Program-made: the position numbers and the translations under genes
The notes under the pieces: generated by a model
Database searches by the model: none
The model's input: the letters and a program-made list of their open reading frames with translations, nothing else
Told to the model about the DNA's origin: nothing
Assembly (NCBI GenBank): GCA_024698925.1
Contig: JAILQO010000022.1
Coordinates: 26,192-90,191 of the forward strand
Direction: 5' to 3'
Source of the DNA: Bacteroidaceae bacterium
Lineage (GTDB): Bacteria > Bacteroidota > Bacteroidia > Bacteroidales > Bacteroidaceae
DNA: 64,000 nucleotides
Part shown: one piece after another, positions 53,236 to 63,514 of the stretch
Position numbering within the stretch: position 1 is the first letter of the stretch
How the letters are laid out: every line of letters starts with the position of its first letter

Positions 53236-55026
53236 ATGTCCAACTTAACAAACATTCAGCCCCTCGAGGACTTCGATTGGGAAGGCTTCGAACAGGGCTC
53301 CGCTCAGACCGAGCAAAGTCGCGAAGATCAGGCTGCTGCCTATGAGAAGAGTCTCAACAATGTGGGTGACCACGATGTCGTTGACGGCACAGTCATTTCG
53401 ATCAACAAGCGCGAGGTAGTCGTTAACATCGGCTACAAGAGTGACGGTATCATTTCTGCAAATGAATTCCGTTACAACCCTGACCTGAAGGTAGGTGATA
53501 CCGTTGAGGTCTATATTGAAAATCAAGAAGACAAGAAAGGACAACTCATCCTCTCTCACAAGAAGGCTCGCGCCACCAAGAGCTGGGAGCGTGTTAATGC
53601 CGCTTTGGAGAACGAGGAAATCATCAAGGGCTTTGTCAAGTGCCGCACGAAGGGCGGTATGATTGTCGATGTATTTGGCATCGAAGCATTCTTGCCTGGC
53701 AGCCAGATCGACGTGAAGCCCATTCGTGACTACGATGTCTTCGTCGGCAAGACGATGGAGTTCAAGATCGTGAAGATCAATCAAGACTACCGCAACGTCG
53801 TTGTCAGCCACAAGGCTCTCATTGAGGCCGAGCTCGAGCAGCAGAAGAAGGAGATCATCTCCAAGCTTGAGAAAGGTCAGGTACTTGAGGGTACTGTCAA
53901 GAACATCACTTCCTATGGCGTATTTATCGACTTGGGTGGTGTTGATGGCCTCATTCACATCACAGACCTCAGCTGGGGCCGCGTTAGCGATCCGCATGAG
54001 GTGGTTGAACTTGATCAGAAGCTCAATGTCGTTATCCTTGACTTTGACGAGGAGAAGAAGCGCATTGCGCTCGGCTTGAAACAGCTTACACCCCATCCTT
54101 GGGATGCTTTGGATGCTAACCTCAAGGTCGGCGACAAGGTCAAGGGTAAGGTTGTTGTCATGGCTGACTACGGTGCATTCATCGAGGTCGCTCCTGGTGT
54201 GGAAGGTCTTATCCATGTCAGCGAGATGTCTTGGAGCCAGCACCTGCGTAGCGCTCAGGACTTCATGAAGGTTGGTGATGAGGTAGAAGCCGTCATCCTG
54301 ACACTCGACCGCGAAGAGCGTAAGATGTCTCTCGGCATCAAGCAACTCAAGGAAGATCCTTGGGAGAACATCGAGCAGCGCTATCCCGTTGGTAGCAAGC
54401 ATACCGCTCGCGTTCGCAACTTCACCAACTTCGGTGTCTTTGTTGAGATTGAGGAAGGCGTAGATGGCCTGATTCATATCAGCGACCTCAGCTGGACCAA
54501 GAAGGTTAAGCACCCCAGCGAGTTCACTCAGATTGGTGCTGAGATCGAGGTCCTCGTGCTTGAGATCGATAAGGACAACCGTCGCTTGAGCCTTGGCCAC
54601 AAGCAGCTTGAGGAGAATCCTTGGGATGTCTTTGAGACCGTCTTTACCCGTGACAGTGTGCACGAAGGTACCATCGTTGAGCTTCTTGACAAGGGCGCTG
54701 TAATCCAGCTGGAGTATGGTGTTGAAGGCTTCGCTACTCCTAAGCACCTCGTGAAGGAAGATGGTAGCCAGGCACAGCAGGGCGAGAAGCTTCCCTTCAA
54801 GGTCATTGAGTTTAACAAGGAGAGCAAGCGCATCATTCTCAGCCACAGCCGTATCTTTGAAGATGCTACTCGTACAGAGCAGCGTGAGGCTCGCAAGGCA
54901 GAGCGTGCAGCGAAGCGTCCTGCAAAGGAGGCACAGCCCGCAATCCAGAATCAGGCCGCAAGCACCACTCTTGGCGACATTGATGCATTGGCCGAACTGA
55001 AGGCTAAACTCGAGAAAGGCGAATAA
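53236..55026 (+). CDS. rpsA: 30S ribosomal protein S1
   Basis: Six S1 domains (repeated G.V..I...G.F....G..GL.H.S). Confidence 0.95.
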   Translation: MSNLTNIQPLEDFDWEGFEQGSAQTEQSREDQAAAYEKSLNNVGDHDVVDGTVISINKREVVVNIGYKSDGIISANEFRYNPDLKVGDTVEVYIENQEDKKGQLILSHKKARATKSWERVNAALENEEIIKGFVKCRTKGGMIVDVFGIEAFLPGSQIDVKPIRDYDVFVGKTMEFKIVKINQDYRNVVVSHKALIEAELEQQKKEIISKLEKGQVLEGTVKNITSYGVFIDLGGVDGLIHITDLSWGRVSDPHEVVELDQKLNVVILDFDEEKKRIALGLKQLTPHPWDALDANLKVGDKVKGKVVVMADYGAFIEVAPGVEGLIHVSEMSWSQHLRSAQDFMKVGDEVEAVILTLDREERKMSLGIKQLKEDPWENIEQRYPVGSKHTARVRNFTNFGVFVEIEEGVDGLIHISDLSWTKKVKHPSEFTQIGAEIEVLVLEIDKDNRRLSLGHKQLEENPWDVFETVFTRDSVHEGTIVELLDKGAVIQLEYGVEGFATPKHLVKEDGSQAQQGEKLPFKVIEFNKESKRIILSHSRIFEDATRTEQREARKAERAAKRPAKEAQPAIQNQAASTTLGDIDALAELKAKLEKGE

Positions 55027-55072
55027 GACAATGTATGCGCTTACGCGCGCAAACATTAATTATATTTAATAA

Positions 55073-55106
55073 ACGAGCCGTTGGACCTCTCCGACGGCTC
55101 GTTTTT
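55073..55106 (+). terminator. intrinsic terminator of rpsA
   Basis: 12-bp stem ACGAGCCGTTGG / CCGACGGCTCGT (one G.U pair), followed by TTTT. Confidence 0.85.
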
Positions 55107-55119
55107 AAATTAATTTGAC

Positions 55120-55127
55120 TACCTTTG
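55120..55127 (+). promoter_or_regulatory. Bacteroidota -7 promoter box
   Basis: TACCTTTG, 29 nt upstream of the pfkA ATG. Confidence 0.6.
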
Positions 55128-55155
55128 CGTAGTTTTTGAAACAAACGGAAGATAT

Positions 55156-56133
55156 ATGAGAAAAATCAATTGCATCGGCATACTGACATCTGGAGGTGAT
55201 GCTCCAGGAATGAACGCAGCTATTCGCGCAGTCACCCGTGGCGCCATCGCGAATGGCTTTACAGTCAAAGGTATTTATCGCGGCTACGAAGGATTGATAC
55301 ATAATGAGATACAAGAATTCACCACTGAAAGTGTTTCCAATATCATCGGACGTGGTGGAACAATCCTGAAGACGGCTCGCTCCAAAGATTTCATGACGGA
55401 GGTTGGCCGTAAGAAAGCGTATGAGAACATGGTGGCAGCTGGCATTGATGCGCTGATTATCATCGGAGGTAATGGCTCACTGACGGGTGCTCGCCTTTTT
55501 GCTGCAGAGTATGATGTCCCTTGTATCGGCCTGCCAGGCACGATTGATAATGACTTGAATGGTACAGACCTTACTATCGGCTACGATACATCGCTGAATA
55601 CCATCATGGAATGTGTGGACAAGATCCGAGATACCGCAAACTCTCACGAACGTATTTTCTTTGTGGAGGTGATGGGGCGTGACGCCGGTTTCTTGGCACA
55701 AAACTCAGCGATAGCAGCAGGTGCAGAGGCAGCCATCATACCCGAGGACAGTACGGCTGTTGACCAGTTGGCGCAGTTCATAGGTCGCGGTATTCGTAAG
55801 AGCAAATCTTCAAGTATCGTTATCGTCTCTGAAAGCCCCAAATGTGGCGCTATGTATTATGCAGAACGTGTGCGTAACGAGTACCCGGAATATGATGTGC
55901 GTGTTTCGATCCTCGGTCATCTCCAGCGTGGCGGTAGTCCTTCTGCAGGCGATCGCATCTTGGCATCGCGTCTTGGCGTCGGTGCTATCAACGCGCTCTT
56001 GGACGGACAGCGTAATGTGATGGTAGGCATTAAGAACGACGAGGTCGTTTATGTGCCTTTCTCCAACGCGGTGAAGAGCGACAAACCTTTAAAGAAAGAA
56101 TTGATAACTGCACTGGAAGTGCTGAGTTTATAA
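55156..56133 (+). CDS. pfkA: ATP-dependent 6-phosphofructokinase
   Basis: [33 protein letters not shown]. Confidence 0.95.
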   Translation: MRKINCIGILTSGGDAPGMNAAIRAVTRGAIANGFTVKGIYRGYEGLIHNEIQEFTTESVSNIIGRGGTILKTARSKDFMTEVGRKKAYENMVAAGIDALIIIGGNGSLTGARLFAAEYDVPCIGLPGTIDNDLNGTDLTIGYDTSLNTIMECVDKIRDTANSHERIFFVEVMGRDAGFLAQNSAIAAGAEAAIIPEDSTAVDQLAQFIGRGIRKSKSSSIVIVSESPKCGAMYYAERVRNEYPEYDVRVSILGHLQRGGSPSAGDRILASRLGVGAINALLDGQRNVMVGIKNDEVVYVPFSNAVKSDKPLKKELITALEVLSL

Positions 56134-56136
56134 GAT

Positions 56137-56886
56137 ATGAAGCGCATTCTATTATCACTCCTCATGACATGCTTGGCAGTCCTTCCGTTCTCTTTTCTGA
56201 ACGGATTGCAACTTTTTGCTCAAGCAACTCCCACATGTATGCCTACAGCTTCATTCTCTTACGTGAAGGACGGAGCCCTCGTAGAGAATGAGGCGGCAGA
56301 AAGTTATTCGGGCTCTGGTCCTGTTACTGGACGCTTTGCCGCCAATACGACAGGTGCGGATGGCTATGAGGTGCGATATGAATGGCGTATTTATGCTTCT
56401 GACAAGAGTTGGAATGATTATATTGTGACGCGTACAGATGAGGCGATTGAATACACCTTTGAACAAAGCGGTTCTTTTTATGTAGAACTTCGTGTCTCTT
56501 TCACAAAGACGGGCGTGACTGAAACCTTTCCCGCAGAAGGGGCAGGCGCGTCGCGTTTTCAGGTATCGGTAGCCGAATCTAAGTTAGAAATGCCCAATGC
56601 TTTCTCACCTAACGACGATGGTTATAACGATGTCTATCGTGCCAAGCCTACTCACCAAAGTATTGTTGAATTCAAGGCAACCATCTTCAACCGCTGGGGA
56701 CAACGTCTCTATTCATGGGATAACGTGAATGGCGGTTGGGATGGGAAAGTCAATGGACATGTTGTCAATCCTGGCGTATATTATGTGAATGTCGTGGCGA
56801 AAGGTGCAGATGGCGTAGTATATAAAATCCGTAAGGACGTGAATGTACTGACTGGCTACACAAAGCATGGAGAAACCAACAATTAG
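56137..56886 (+). CDS. secreted protein with T9SS type-B (gliding-motility-associated) C-terminal domain
   Basis: Signal peptide. The C-terminal part, PNAFSPNDDGYNDVY...IFNRWGQRLYS...WDGKVNG..VNPGVYYV, matches the CHU_C / type-B CTD pattern. Confidence 0.75.
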   Translation: MKRILLSLLMTCLAVLPFSFLNGLQLFAQATPTCMPTASFSYVKDGALVENEAAESYSGSGPVTGRFAANTTGADGYEVRYEWRIYASDKSWNDYIVTRTDEAIEYTFEQSGSFYVELRVSFTKTGVTETFPAEGAGASRFQVSVAESKLEMPNAFSPNDDGYNDVYRAKPTHQSIVEFKATIFNRWGQRLYSWDNVNGGWDGKVNGHVVNPGVYYVNVVAKGADGVVYKIRKDVNVLTGYTKHGETNN

Positions 56887-59719
56887 CATTCAGGGAGCTC
56901 GTGTCCACAATCTTAAGAACGTGGATGTGGAGATCCCTCGCAACAGTCTGACGGTTATTACCGGTCTCTCGGGCTCTGGTAAATCGTCGTTGGCCTTTGA
57001 CACCATATTTGCCGAAGGCCAGCGTCGTTATATCGAGACATTCTCGGCTTATGCGCGCAATTTCCTTGGTGGACTGGAGCGTCCAGATGTGGATAAGATT
57101 TCAGGTCTCTCGCCAGTCATTAGTATTGAGCAGAAGACGACGAATAAGAATCCGCGCTCAACAGTAGGGACAACTACGGAAATCTTTGATTACCTTCGTC
57201 TGCTTTATGCACGGGCAGGCGAAGCGTTTTCATGGGAGACGGGAGAGCCGATGGTGAAATATACGGAGGAGCAAATCATCAATCTTCTTCTGCAAGATTA
57301 TCTGGACCATAAGATCCAGCTACTTGCACCGTTGGTGAAGAATCGCAAGGGACATTACCGTGAACTACTTGATAGTATCCGCCGTAAAGGTTTCGTTTGG
57401 GTCCGCGTAGATGGTGAGTTGATGGAAGTTGTTCCCGGCATGAAACTGGATCGCTATGTCAATCATAGCATAGAGGTTGTTGTAGACCGTTTCAAGATCC
57501 AGGAAAAGGATGATCATCGTCTTCAGAATAGTGTCGCTCAGGCGATGCGTATGGGTGAGGGACTGATGATGGTCTTGGATATGGAATCGGGACAGGTGAA
57601 GCATTATAGCCGTCGTTTGATGTGTCCTACCACAGGCATGAGCTACGCCGATCCTGCGCCACATAATTTCTCCTTCAATTCACCTCAAGGATGGTGTCCG
57701 CGTTGCAAGGGACTAGGCTATGTAAACCTGATAGATGTCAACAAGGTCTTTCCTGATCGTGAACTGTCTGTCAAGGATGGAGGAATAGCTCCTCTCGGCA
57801 AGGCAAAGAATCAGATGATTTTCTGGCAGATGGAAGCGTTGTTGGCACGTTATGATGTGACAATGCAAACGCCTTTGAAGGATATTCCAGATGAAGCCAT
57901 CGATGAGATTCTCAATGGATGCCCTGAGCGTTTGCGTATCCCTGCATCCATCACACACACAACCAATGACTACTATATTGAATATGATGGCTTAGTCAAG
58001 TATATCCAGATGATGCAGGAGGGAGAGGCGAGCGCTACAGCGCAGAAATGGGCGGAACAGTTTTCGAAGACTGATGTATGTCCGGATTGTCATGGTGCTC
58101 GTTTAAATCGAGAGGCCTTGCATTTTCGCATCGCGGGAAAGAACATCGCGGAACTGGCGGAGATGGACATCAAGGATTTGCGCCAATGGATTATTGTGCT
58201 TCACGAAGAGTGCTTGGCTACGGATGTAAGCAAGGGTGCTCTCCTTACAGAACGTCAACGTAAGATTGCTCCAGAGATTCTCAAGGAAATACGTGCTCGT
58301 TTACAGTTCCTCTTCGATGTTGGTCTGGACTATCTAAGCCTTTCTCGCGCCAGCATGAGCTTGAGTGGTGGCGAGAGCCAGCGTATTCGCCTTGCTACTC
58401 AGATAGGTTCCAAATTAGTTAATGTCCTCTATATTCTTGATGAACCCAGTATCGGGCTGCATCAACGCGACAATCGTCGCTTAATCAACTCCTTAAAGGA
58501 TTTGCGTGACACTGGCAATACAGTTATTGTCGTAGAACATGACGAGGAAATGATGCGCGAGTCTGATTATATTGTGGATATGGGCCCGTTGGCTGGTCGA
58601 AAGGGTGGGGAAGTTGTCTTTCAAGGTACATTCCCGGTGATGATGAAGGCCAATACCTTGACGGCGCAGTATCTTACAGGTGCTCAAGCGATAGAGATTC
58701 CCCCCGTGCGACGCAAAGGGAATGGCAACTATCTGGAGTTGAAAGGCGCACATGGTAACAATCTTCAAGGCGTAGATGTTCGTTTCCCGTTGGGAACGTT
58801 CATTTGTGTGACTGGTGTCTCAGGCTCGGGGAAGAGCTCGCTCATCAATGATACATTGCAGCCTATCCTCTCACAACATTTCTATCGTTCGCTACGTGAC
58901 CCACTTCCCTATGATGAGATCCTTGGTTTGGAGCACATTGATAAAGTGGTCAATGTGGACCAAAGTCCTATTGGACGCACTCCGCGCTCTAATCCGGCGA
59001 CCTATACCGGCGTATTCTCTGATATTCGCGATCTTTTTGTCTCTTTACCAGAGGCACGTATTCGTGGCTATAAGAGTGGGCGGTTCTCATTCAATGTCAA
59101 GGGTGGTCGTTGTGAGACATGTGGAGGTAATGGCTACAAGACCATCGAGATGAATTTCCTTCCCGATGTGATGGTGCCTTGTGAGGAATGTCATGGGAAA
59201 CGCTACAATCGTGAGACGTTGGAAGTTCGTTTTAAGGGAAAGAGTATTGCTGACGTACTCGATATGACCATAAATCGTGCCGTGGAGTTTTTTGAGAACC
59301 AGCCTAATATCCTACAGAAGATCAAAACCTTGCAAGATGTTGGCCTGGGATATATCAAACTTGGACAGTCTTCCACGACACTTTCTGGAGGTGAGAGCCA
59401 GCGCGTGAAGTTGGCTACGGAGCTTTCCAAGCGTGACACTGGTCGTACACTTTACATCCTTGATGAGCCTACGACTGGATTGCATTTTGAGGATATCCGT
59501 GTACTATTAGGCGTTCTTCAGAGATTGGTTGACAAAGGTAATACCGTCCTTGTTATTGAACACAATCTTGACGTGATTAAGTCTGCTGATTATCTGATTG
59601 ATATGGGACCGGAAGGCGGTCGTGGTGGCGGACGTCTATTAGCTTGTGGGACACCAGAAGAGGTCGCGCAATGTCAAGAAGGTTATACGGCAGCCTTCTT
59701 ACGTGAAATCCTAAAATGA
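56867..59719 (+). CDS. uvrA: excinuclease ABC subunit A
   Basis: [11 protein letters not shown], two ABC modules (GLSGSGKSS and GVSGSGKSS) and zinc-finger Cys clusters. Confidence 0.95.
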   Translation: MEKPTISIQGARVHNLKNVDVEIPRNSLTVITGLSGSGKSSLAFDTIFAEGQRRYIETFSAYARNFLGGLERPDVDKISGLSPVISIEQKTTNKNPRSTVGTTTEIFDYLRLLYARAGEAFSWETGEPMVKYTEEQIINLLLQDYLDHKIQLLAPLVKNRKGHYRELLDSIRRKGFVWVRVDGELMEVVPGMKLDRYVNHSIEVVVDRFKIQEKDDHRLQNSVAQAMRMGEGLMMVLDMESGQVKHYSRRLMCPTTGMSYADPAPHNFSFNSPQGWCPRCKGLGYVNLIDVNKVFPDRELSVKDGGIAPLGKAKNQMIFWQMEALLARYDVTMQTPLKDIPDEAIDEILNGCPERLRIPASITHTTNDYYIEYDGLVKYIQMMQEGEASATAQKWAEQFSKTDVCPDCHGARLNREALHFRIAGKNIAELAEMDIKDLRQWIIVLHEECLATDVSKGALLTERQRKIAPEILKEIRARLQFLFDVGLDYLSLSRASMSLSGGESQRIRLATQIGSKLVNVLYILDEPSIGLHQRDNRRLINSLKDLRDTGNTVIVVEHDEEMMRESDYIVDMGPLAGRKGGEVVFQGTFPVMMKANTLTAQYLTGAQAIEIPPVRRKGNGNYLELKGAHGNNLQGVDVRFPLGTFICVTGVSGSGKSSLINDTLQPILSQHFYRSLRDPLPYDEILGLEHIDKVVNVDQSPIGRTPRSNPATYTGVFSDIRDLFVSLPEARIRGYKSGRFSFNVKGGRCETCGGNGYKTIEMNFLPDVMVPCEECHGKRYNRETLEVRFKGKSIADVLDMTINRAVEFFENQPNILQKIKTLQDVGLGYIKLGQSSTTLSGGESQRVKLATELSKRDTGRTLYILDEPTTGLHFEDIRVLLGVLQRLVDKGNTVLVIEHNLDVIKSADYLIDMGPEGGRGGGRLLACGTPEEVAQCQEGYTAAFLREILK

Positions 59720-59732
59720 GGTGGGATTTTGA

Positions 59733-60446
59733 TTAGAGATTCTTTGTTCGAATAATATCAAACAGATAGCCAGCTTTGATGTATATGGCGCCGTTTGCCG
59801 AACGACCGAAAGGATCTCGTTTGGAATTCCCGAAAATATCGCTGAGACCATAGTAGTAGCGTCCTTCAATGAGGAAGCGTCCAGCGTGTTTAGTACCTAA
59901 TTCCAAACTCAGGCCACCAGTGAGTCCATATTCAAACTTGTTCTCAACGGCCTTGCCATATTGTTGGGTGACGTTGTTTGGACGTGGTGTTCCAGCCCAG
60001 GGGTCACTATAGTGCTCAGTTTCGCTGAAACAATACCCTATCTGAGGTCCTACCATGAAGCCAAAGAGTAACCCGCTATATTCGCGTCCCCAACTTAGTC
60101 GTGCTAAGACAGGCAACTGTAGGTAACGCATATCCCGGTAATAGGTGTCGGTGCTGTACTCGGGCTCAATCTCTTCGCGCCAACCCAGGTTGGCATAATT
60201 AAGTTCTGCTTGAATTGCACAGATGGCCGAGAAATACTTCTCGCATGTATAGCGCACGGTGACACCGAATGTTTCGCCTTCCTTCCAAGTCTTTTTTATC
60301 GTCGGGTTGAAAGAAACACGGTTCATAGAGTAACCGCCTGTTACGCCAACCGTAAGATCGTTGCGCAGACTACCAACTTGCGCGCACGTGTGCGCAGAAC
60401 CAATTAAAGAAATTAGGAATAAGAGTAGAAGACGCGCTTGCTTCAT
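59733..60446 (-). CDS. outer membrane beta-barrel protein (porin-family / PorT-like)
   Basis: Signal peptide followed by alternating-hydrophobic beta strands rich in Y/G/R. Confidence 0.55.
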   Translation of the reverse strand: MKQARLLLLFLISLIGSAHTCAQVGSLRNDLTVGVTGGYSMNRVSFNPTIKKTWKEGETFGVTVRYTCEKYFSAICAIQAELNYANLGWREEIEPEYSTDTYYRDMRYLQLPVLARLSWGREYSGLLFGFMVGPQIGYCFSETEHYSDPWAGTPRPNNVTQQYGKAVENKFEYGLTGGLSLELGTKHAGRFLIEGRYYYGLSDIFGNSKRDPFGRSANGAIYIKAGYLFDIIRTKNL

Positions 60447-61585
60447 TAGTGGTTGCGGGTAAGCAGTTCAATAGACTGATAGGTAGTATAATGGATGAGC
60501 TGCACAAAAGTATTGACATAGCCATTGCCTTCGCTGCTTTGCTCAAAGAACAGTGAATGCTGGAAGGGGTAGGCGGGGACCTGTTGGATGTTCTTGGCCA
60601 AACGATCGCGTCCATAAATAGAGAGGCCTCGGATAAAGAAACAGCCCAGATCAAAGCCCATCAGCGCGTAACGTGGATAGGTGTTACTCATGGGTGTATG
60701 GAACCAGCTCATGAATTGGCGGTCGAGTTGCTCATTGCGTATGGAGAGCGGGTTGCGATAGAACGTGGAATATATATAGGTGTCCATCGCATAAAGTTCA
60801 GACAGAAGCTGTGAGGTGTATGTCTGCCATGAGGGATATCCGAATAGGGAGAAAACATATTCGGGGTGCTCGCGCTTAAAATCTTTTAGTTTCGCAATCA
60901 GTTGGTTCAATGCCTTTAGGCTTGAACTATTCAGAATAACGAGGTTCTTGCGCTGCTGATTAAATGCCTGCTGGTAAGCTATGTCATCACCATCGACATT
61001 CAGTGGCCGGACATAGACTCCTGCCTCACTCATGGCCTCACGTACAGCTTCGCCAAAAGCCAACCCCTCCTCATTCCTCTCGTTGCTTTCAACCAGAATG
61101 ATATTATGGTCTGGGAATTGATCTCTGATATACCAGATGGCTTCGGATTGAATGATCCGACGCGGCGCATTGACAATGTAGTAATAGGGATGTCCGTCTA
61201 ATTGTGTTGAGACATTAGAGAAAGGTACTACCAAATGGGTCTGATGCAAGTCGCAATAGTCTGCGAGTGCAGGTAGCTGTGCACCGTCAAGTGGCCCGAA
61301 AATAACATCACATTCTTGAAGCGTATGTGAAGATATCAGGTCGTCCATCTCACTAGCAGTTGCACCTGAGTGCACCGCTTGCACATCCACGGAAATTCCG
61401 TCGTGCTTCAGGCTATCGACGGATAAAAGTAGACCTTGATAGAACTCCACCATCTTTGCGCCGCGTGTCGTCTTCTCCTTTAGAGGCAAGACCACGCCAA
61501 CACGGATATGACGTGCTGTCTGTGCCATTGGATATTGACCAATCAGCAGGAGGCTAATGGTGAGAATGAATAATCTCTTGAACAT
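60446..61585 (-). CDS. periplasmic-binding-protein type 1 fold protein
   Basis: Signal peptide followed by IRVGVVLPL..., as in Leu/Ile/Val-binding-type PBP1 domains. Its stop overlaps the next ATG by 1 nt (TAATG). Confidence 0.5.
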   Translation of the reverse strand: MFKRLFILTISLLLIGQYPMAQTARHIRVGVVLPLKEKTTRGAKMVEFYQGLLLSVDSLKHDGISVDVQAVHSGATASEMDDLISSHTLQECDVIFGPLDGAQLPALADYCDLHQTHLVVPFSNVSTQLDGHPYYYIVNAPRRIIQSEAIWYIRDQFPDHNIILVESNERNEEGLAFGEAVREAMSEAGVYVRPLNVDGDDIAYQQAFNQQRKNLVILNSSSLKALNQLIAKLKDFKREHPEYVFSLFGYPSWQTYTSQLLSELYAMDTYIYSTFYRNPLSIRNEQLDRQFMSWFHTPMSNTYPRYALMGFDLGCFFIRGLSIYGRDRLAKNIQQVPAYPFQHSLFFEQSSEGNGYVNTFVQLIHYTTYQSIELLTRNH

Positions 61586-61622
61586 GAGGTGAAGATCTAT
61601 GGTTGATATCTAATGTGAATAA

Positions 61623-62141
61623 TTAACGCAACCGGTCCAGAGAACGAACCAACATCTCATCTTTGAGAATAGCACGGAAGGCCATATAAGACAAGATGGC
61701 GGCAATTGCCGGGAGCGCAGCCCATGGTGTGAGCTGAAAGACAGCTTCGTAGCGGGCGGGTAGAATCAGCGCGAAGGTAGCATGAATCCCATACCATCCA
61801 AAAAGCAGGATGAAGCAGAGCATTGCGAGGCGGGATTGCACCAGGCGCTGACGATACAAAAAGATATCCAAGACCAGAGCACTGGCTACAATCACCAATA
61901 AGGCGAATTGCCCCCACGGCGCAAAGGAGTGTGTTCCTGCTGCCTCTTGGGCTAACACCAGTTCGCTGCCATCCGTCGTGATATTTGCTTCCAATGGGGT
62001 GGGGATGTGAACCCACAAGTTGTAGAGGGTTCCCACAGTCTCGCCGGAAGCCGTCACGAACTGCCCAACAGGCAGGCACAGGCAGACGATACACAGGATG
62101 GCAGCCACCGCCAGATATACAGTCTGGATACGCTGGATCAT
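61623..62141 (-). CDS. DUF4293 family membrane protein
   Basis: The N-terminus MIQRIQTVYLAVAAIL and the 5-TM layout are typical. It overlaps rpoZ by 4 nt. Confidence 0.6.
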   Translation of the reverse strand: MIQRIQTVYLAVAAILCIVCLCLPVGQFVTASGETVGTLYNLWVHIPTPLEANITTDGSELVLAQEAAGTHSFAPWGQFALLVIVASALVLDIFLYRQRLVQSRLAMLCFILLFGWYGIHATFALILPARYEAVFQLTPWAALPAIAAILSYMAFRAILKDEMLVRSLDRLR

Positions 62142-62476
62142 AATTCTTCCTCTTCGTTCTCCTTTGAAGGATTGCGGTAATAGACCTTGCCCTCGCGGAA
62201 CTCCTGAGTTGCAATCAAGCTAGGCTTCGGCAGCTTCTCATAATAGCGGCTGATTTCAATCTGCTCGCGGTTTTCGAAAACCTCGTCGAGGTTGTCGTTC
62301 GATGTGGCAAATTCCTGAAGCTTCTTGGAGAGCTCGTTCTTCAGATCCACGCTGATTTGGTTTGCGCGCTTGGCGATGATAGCTACGCTCTCGTAGATGT
62401 TGCCAGTATCCTCGCAAAGGTCAAGGATGTCTTGTGTCACCGTGTTGGTAGGTGCATTTGTTTTCTTGTAATCCAT
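62138..62476 (-). CDS. rpoZ: DNA-directed RNA polymerase subunit omega (Bacteroidota long form)
   Basis: NIYESVAIIAKRANQI core; conserved position downstream of bamD. Confidence 0.7.
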   Translation of the reverse strand: MDYKKTNAPTNTVTQDILDLCEDTGNIYESVAIIAKRANQISVDLKNELSKKLQEFATSNDNLDEVFENREQIEISRYYEKLPKPSLIATQEFREGKVYYRNPSKENEEEEL

Positions 62477-62528
62477 ATCTCTTATTGTTTTTGTTTTCGT
62501 AAAATGGTCTTTATTTAATTCTCATGTG

Positions 62529-63374
62529 TTAATCTTCCTCCAACGGTTGTCCCTTGAGGGCTTTTTGGCTTTTCTTCAGATAGTTCTCAGCTTCTTTGAT
62601 GTGTGCAGACTCTGGGAACTCATTCGCAAAACCATAGTATTCGTCAATGGTTTGACGGAATCGCTCAAGGCGCTTGTCTTCTACGCTCTGTCGTGCCAGA
62701 TGATAGCGTGAGCGGAGAATCAGCAGCATGAATTGTTCTCGTCGGGCGGGGAGGGCGAGCGGATAGTCCCTAAGTGCATTTTCAGCCGTGACGATGCATG
62801 CCTCATAGTTTGAGCCGCCACTCATGCAGTTGCCGATATATCCGCCGAGATCGTAGTAGAGCTGTGCCGAGCGTAGTTCCTTTTCCACGAGATGGTCTTG
62901 TAGCTTTTGAATCATCTCTTGCGTCTGCTCCTTGAGGCGCGTAGAGGGATAATGATCCAGAAAACTCTGCAACTCGTTGATGGCCATGCTGGTCGAGCTT
63001 TGATCCAAGCGCGGATCGGGGACACTGTTGTATAGCGCCAAAGCGCTGTAATAACGTGCTTCTTCCACGTAGATGCCTCGTGGATAGCTCTGATAGTATT
63101 TCTTGAAAGCGGTCGAGGCAACTTCGTAATCCTTGTTCAAGAAATTGCTCATGGCCATGAGGTAGAGGCTTTCCTCACCATAGGGAGAACCTTTCAAGCC
63201 AATGATTACGCTATTCAGTAGCTCGCTGGCTCGTGTGTATTTCCCACGGGCATAATAGGCTTTCGCAACCTCGTATTTATAATCTGTATCTCCATACTTC
63301 ATCACCGTGTTGTATTCGCCACAACTGACGAATAACACAAGGATTAGCAGTAAGAGAAGACTAAGTTTCTTCAT
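62529..63374 (-). CDS. bamD: outer membrane protein assembly factor BamD
   Basis: Lipobox FVSC followed by TPR-like repeats (KYEVAKAYYARGKYTRA...). Confidence 0.75.
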   Translation of the reverse strand: MKKLSLLLLLILVLFVSCGEYNTVMKYGDTDYKYEVAKAYYARGKYTRASELLNSVIIGLKGSPYGEESLYLMAMSNFLNKDYEVASTAFKKYYQSYPRGIYVEEARYYSALALYNSVPDPRLDQSSTSMAINELQSFLDHYPSTRLKEQTQEMIQKLQDHLVEKELRSAQLYYDLGGYIGNCMSGGSNYEACIVTAENALRDYPLALPARREQFMLLILRSRYHLARQSVEDKRLERFRQTIDEYYGFANEFPESAHIKEAENYLKKSQKALKGQPLEED

Positions 63375-63394
63375 AAAAAGCGCTTAAACGGCTG

Positions 63395-63402
63395 CAAAGT
63401 TA
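63395..63402 (-). promoter_or_regulatory. Bacteroidota -7 promoter box
   Basis: Plus-strand CAAAGTTA equals minus-strand TAACTTTG, 21 nt upstream of the bamD ATG at 63374. Confidence 0.55.
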
Positions 63403-63486
63403 CACTTTTCTCTCGACTTGGCCAAAAGACAAAGGGTTTTTTAATATAAAAAGGTGTAAGATGATGTTTTCTTCACATAAAAGATG

Positions 63487-63494
63487 TATCTTTG
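63487..63494 (+). promoter_or_regulatory. Bacteroidota -7 promoter box
   Basis: TATCTTTG, 21 nt upstream of the ATG at 63515. Confidence 0.6.
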
Positions 63495-63514
63495 CACCAC
63501 AAAAGCAGTATTCG

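Noticed and set aside
53245-55056. A 603-aa ORF antisense to the whole of rpsA.
   Set aside because: It is codon-aligned with rpsA (both triplet phases are congruent mod 3), so antisense stops could arise only from sense TTA, CTA or TCA codons, which this highly expressed gene avoids. The product is low-complexity and has no promoter box. It is an artefact of codon bias.
61657-62214. A 185-aa ORF overlapping the DUF4293 and rpoZ genes.
   Set aside because: It is an alternative frame spanning two well-supported, translationally coupled genes, with an Arg/Gly/Cys/Pro-rich composition.
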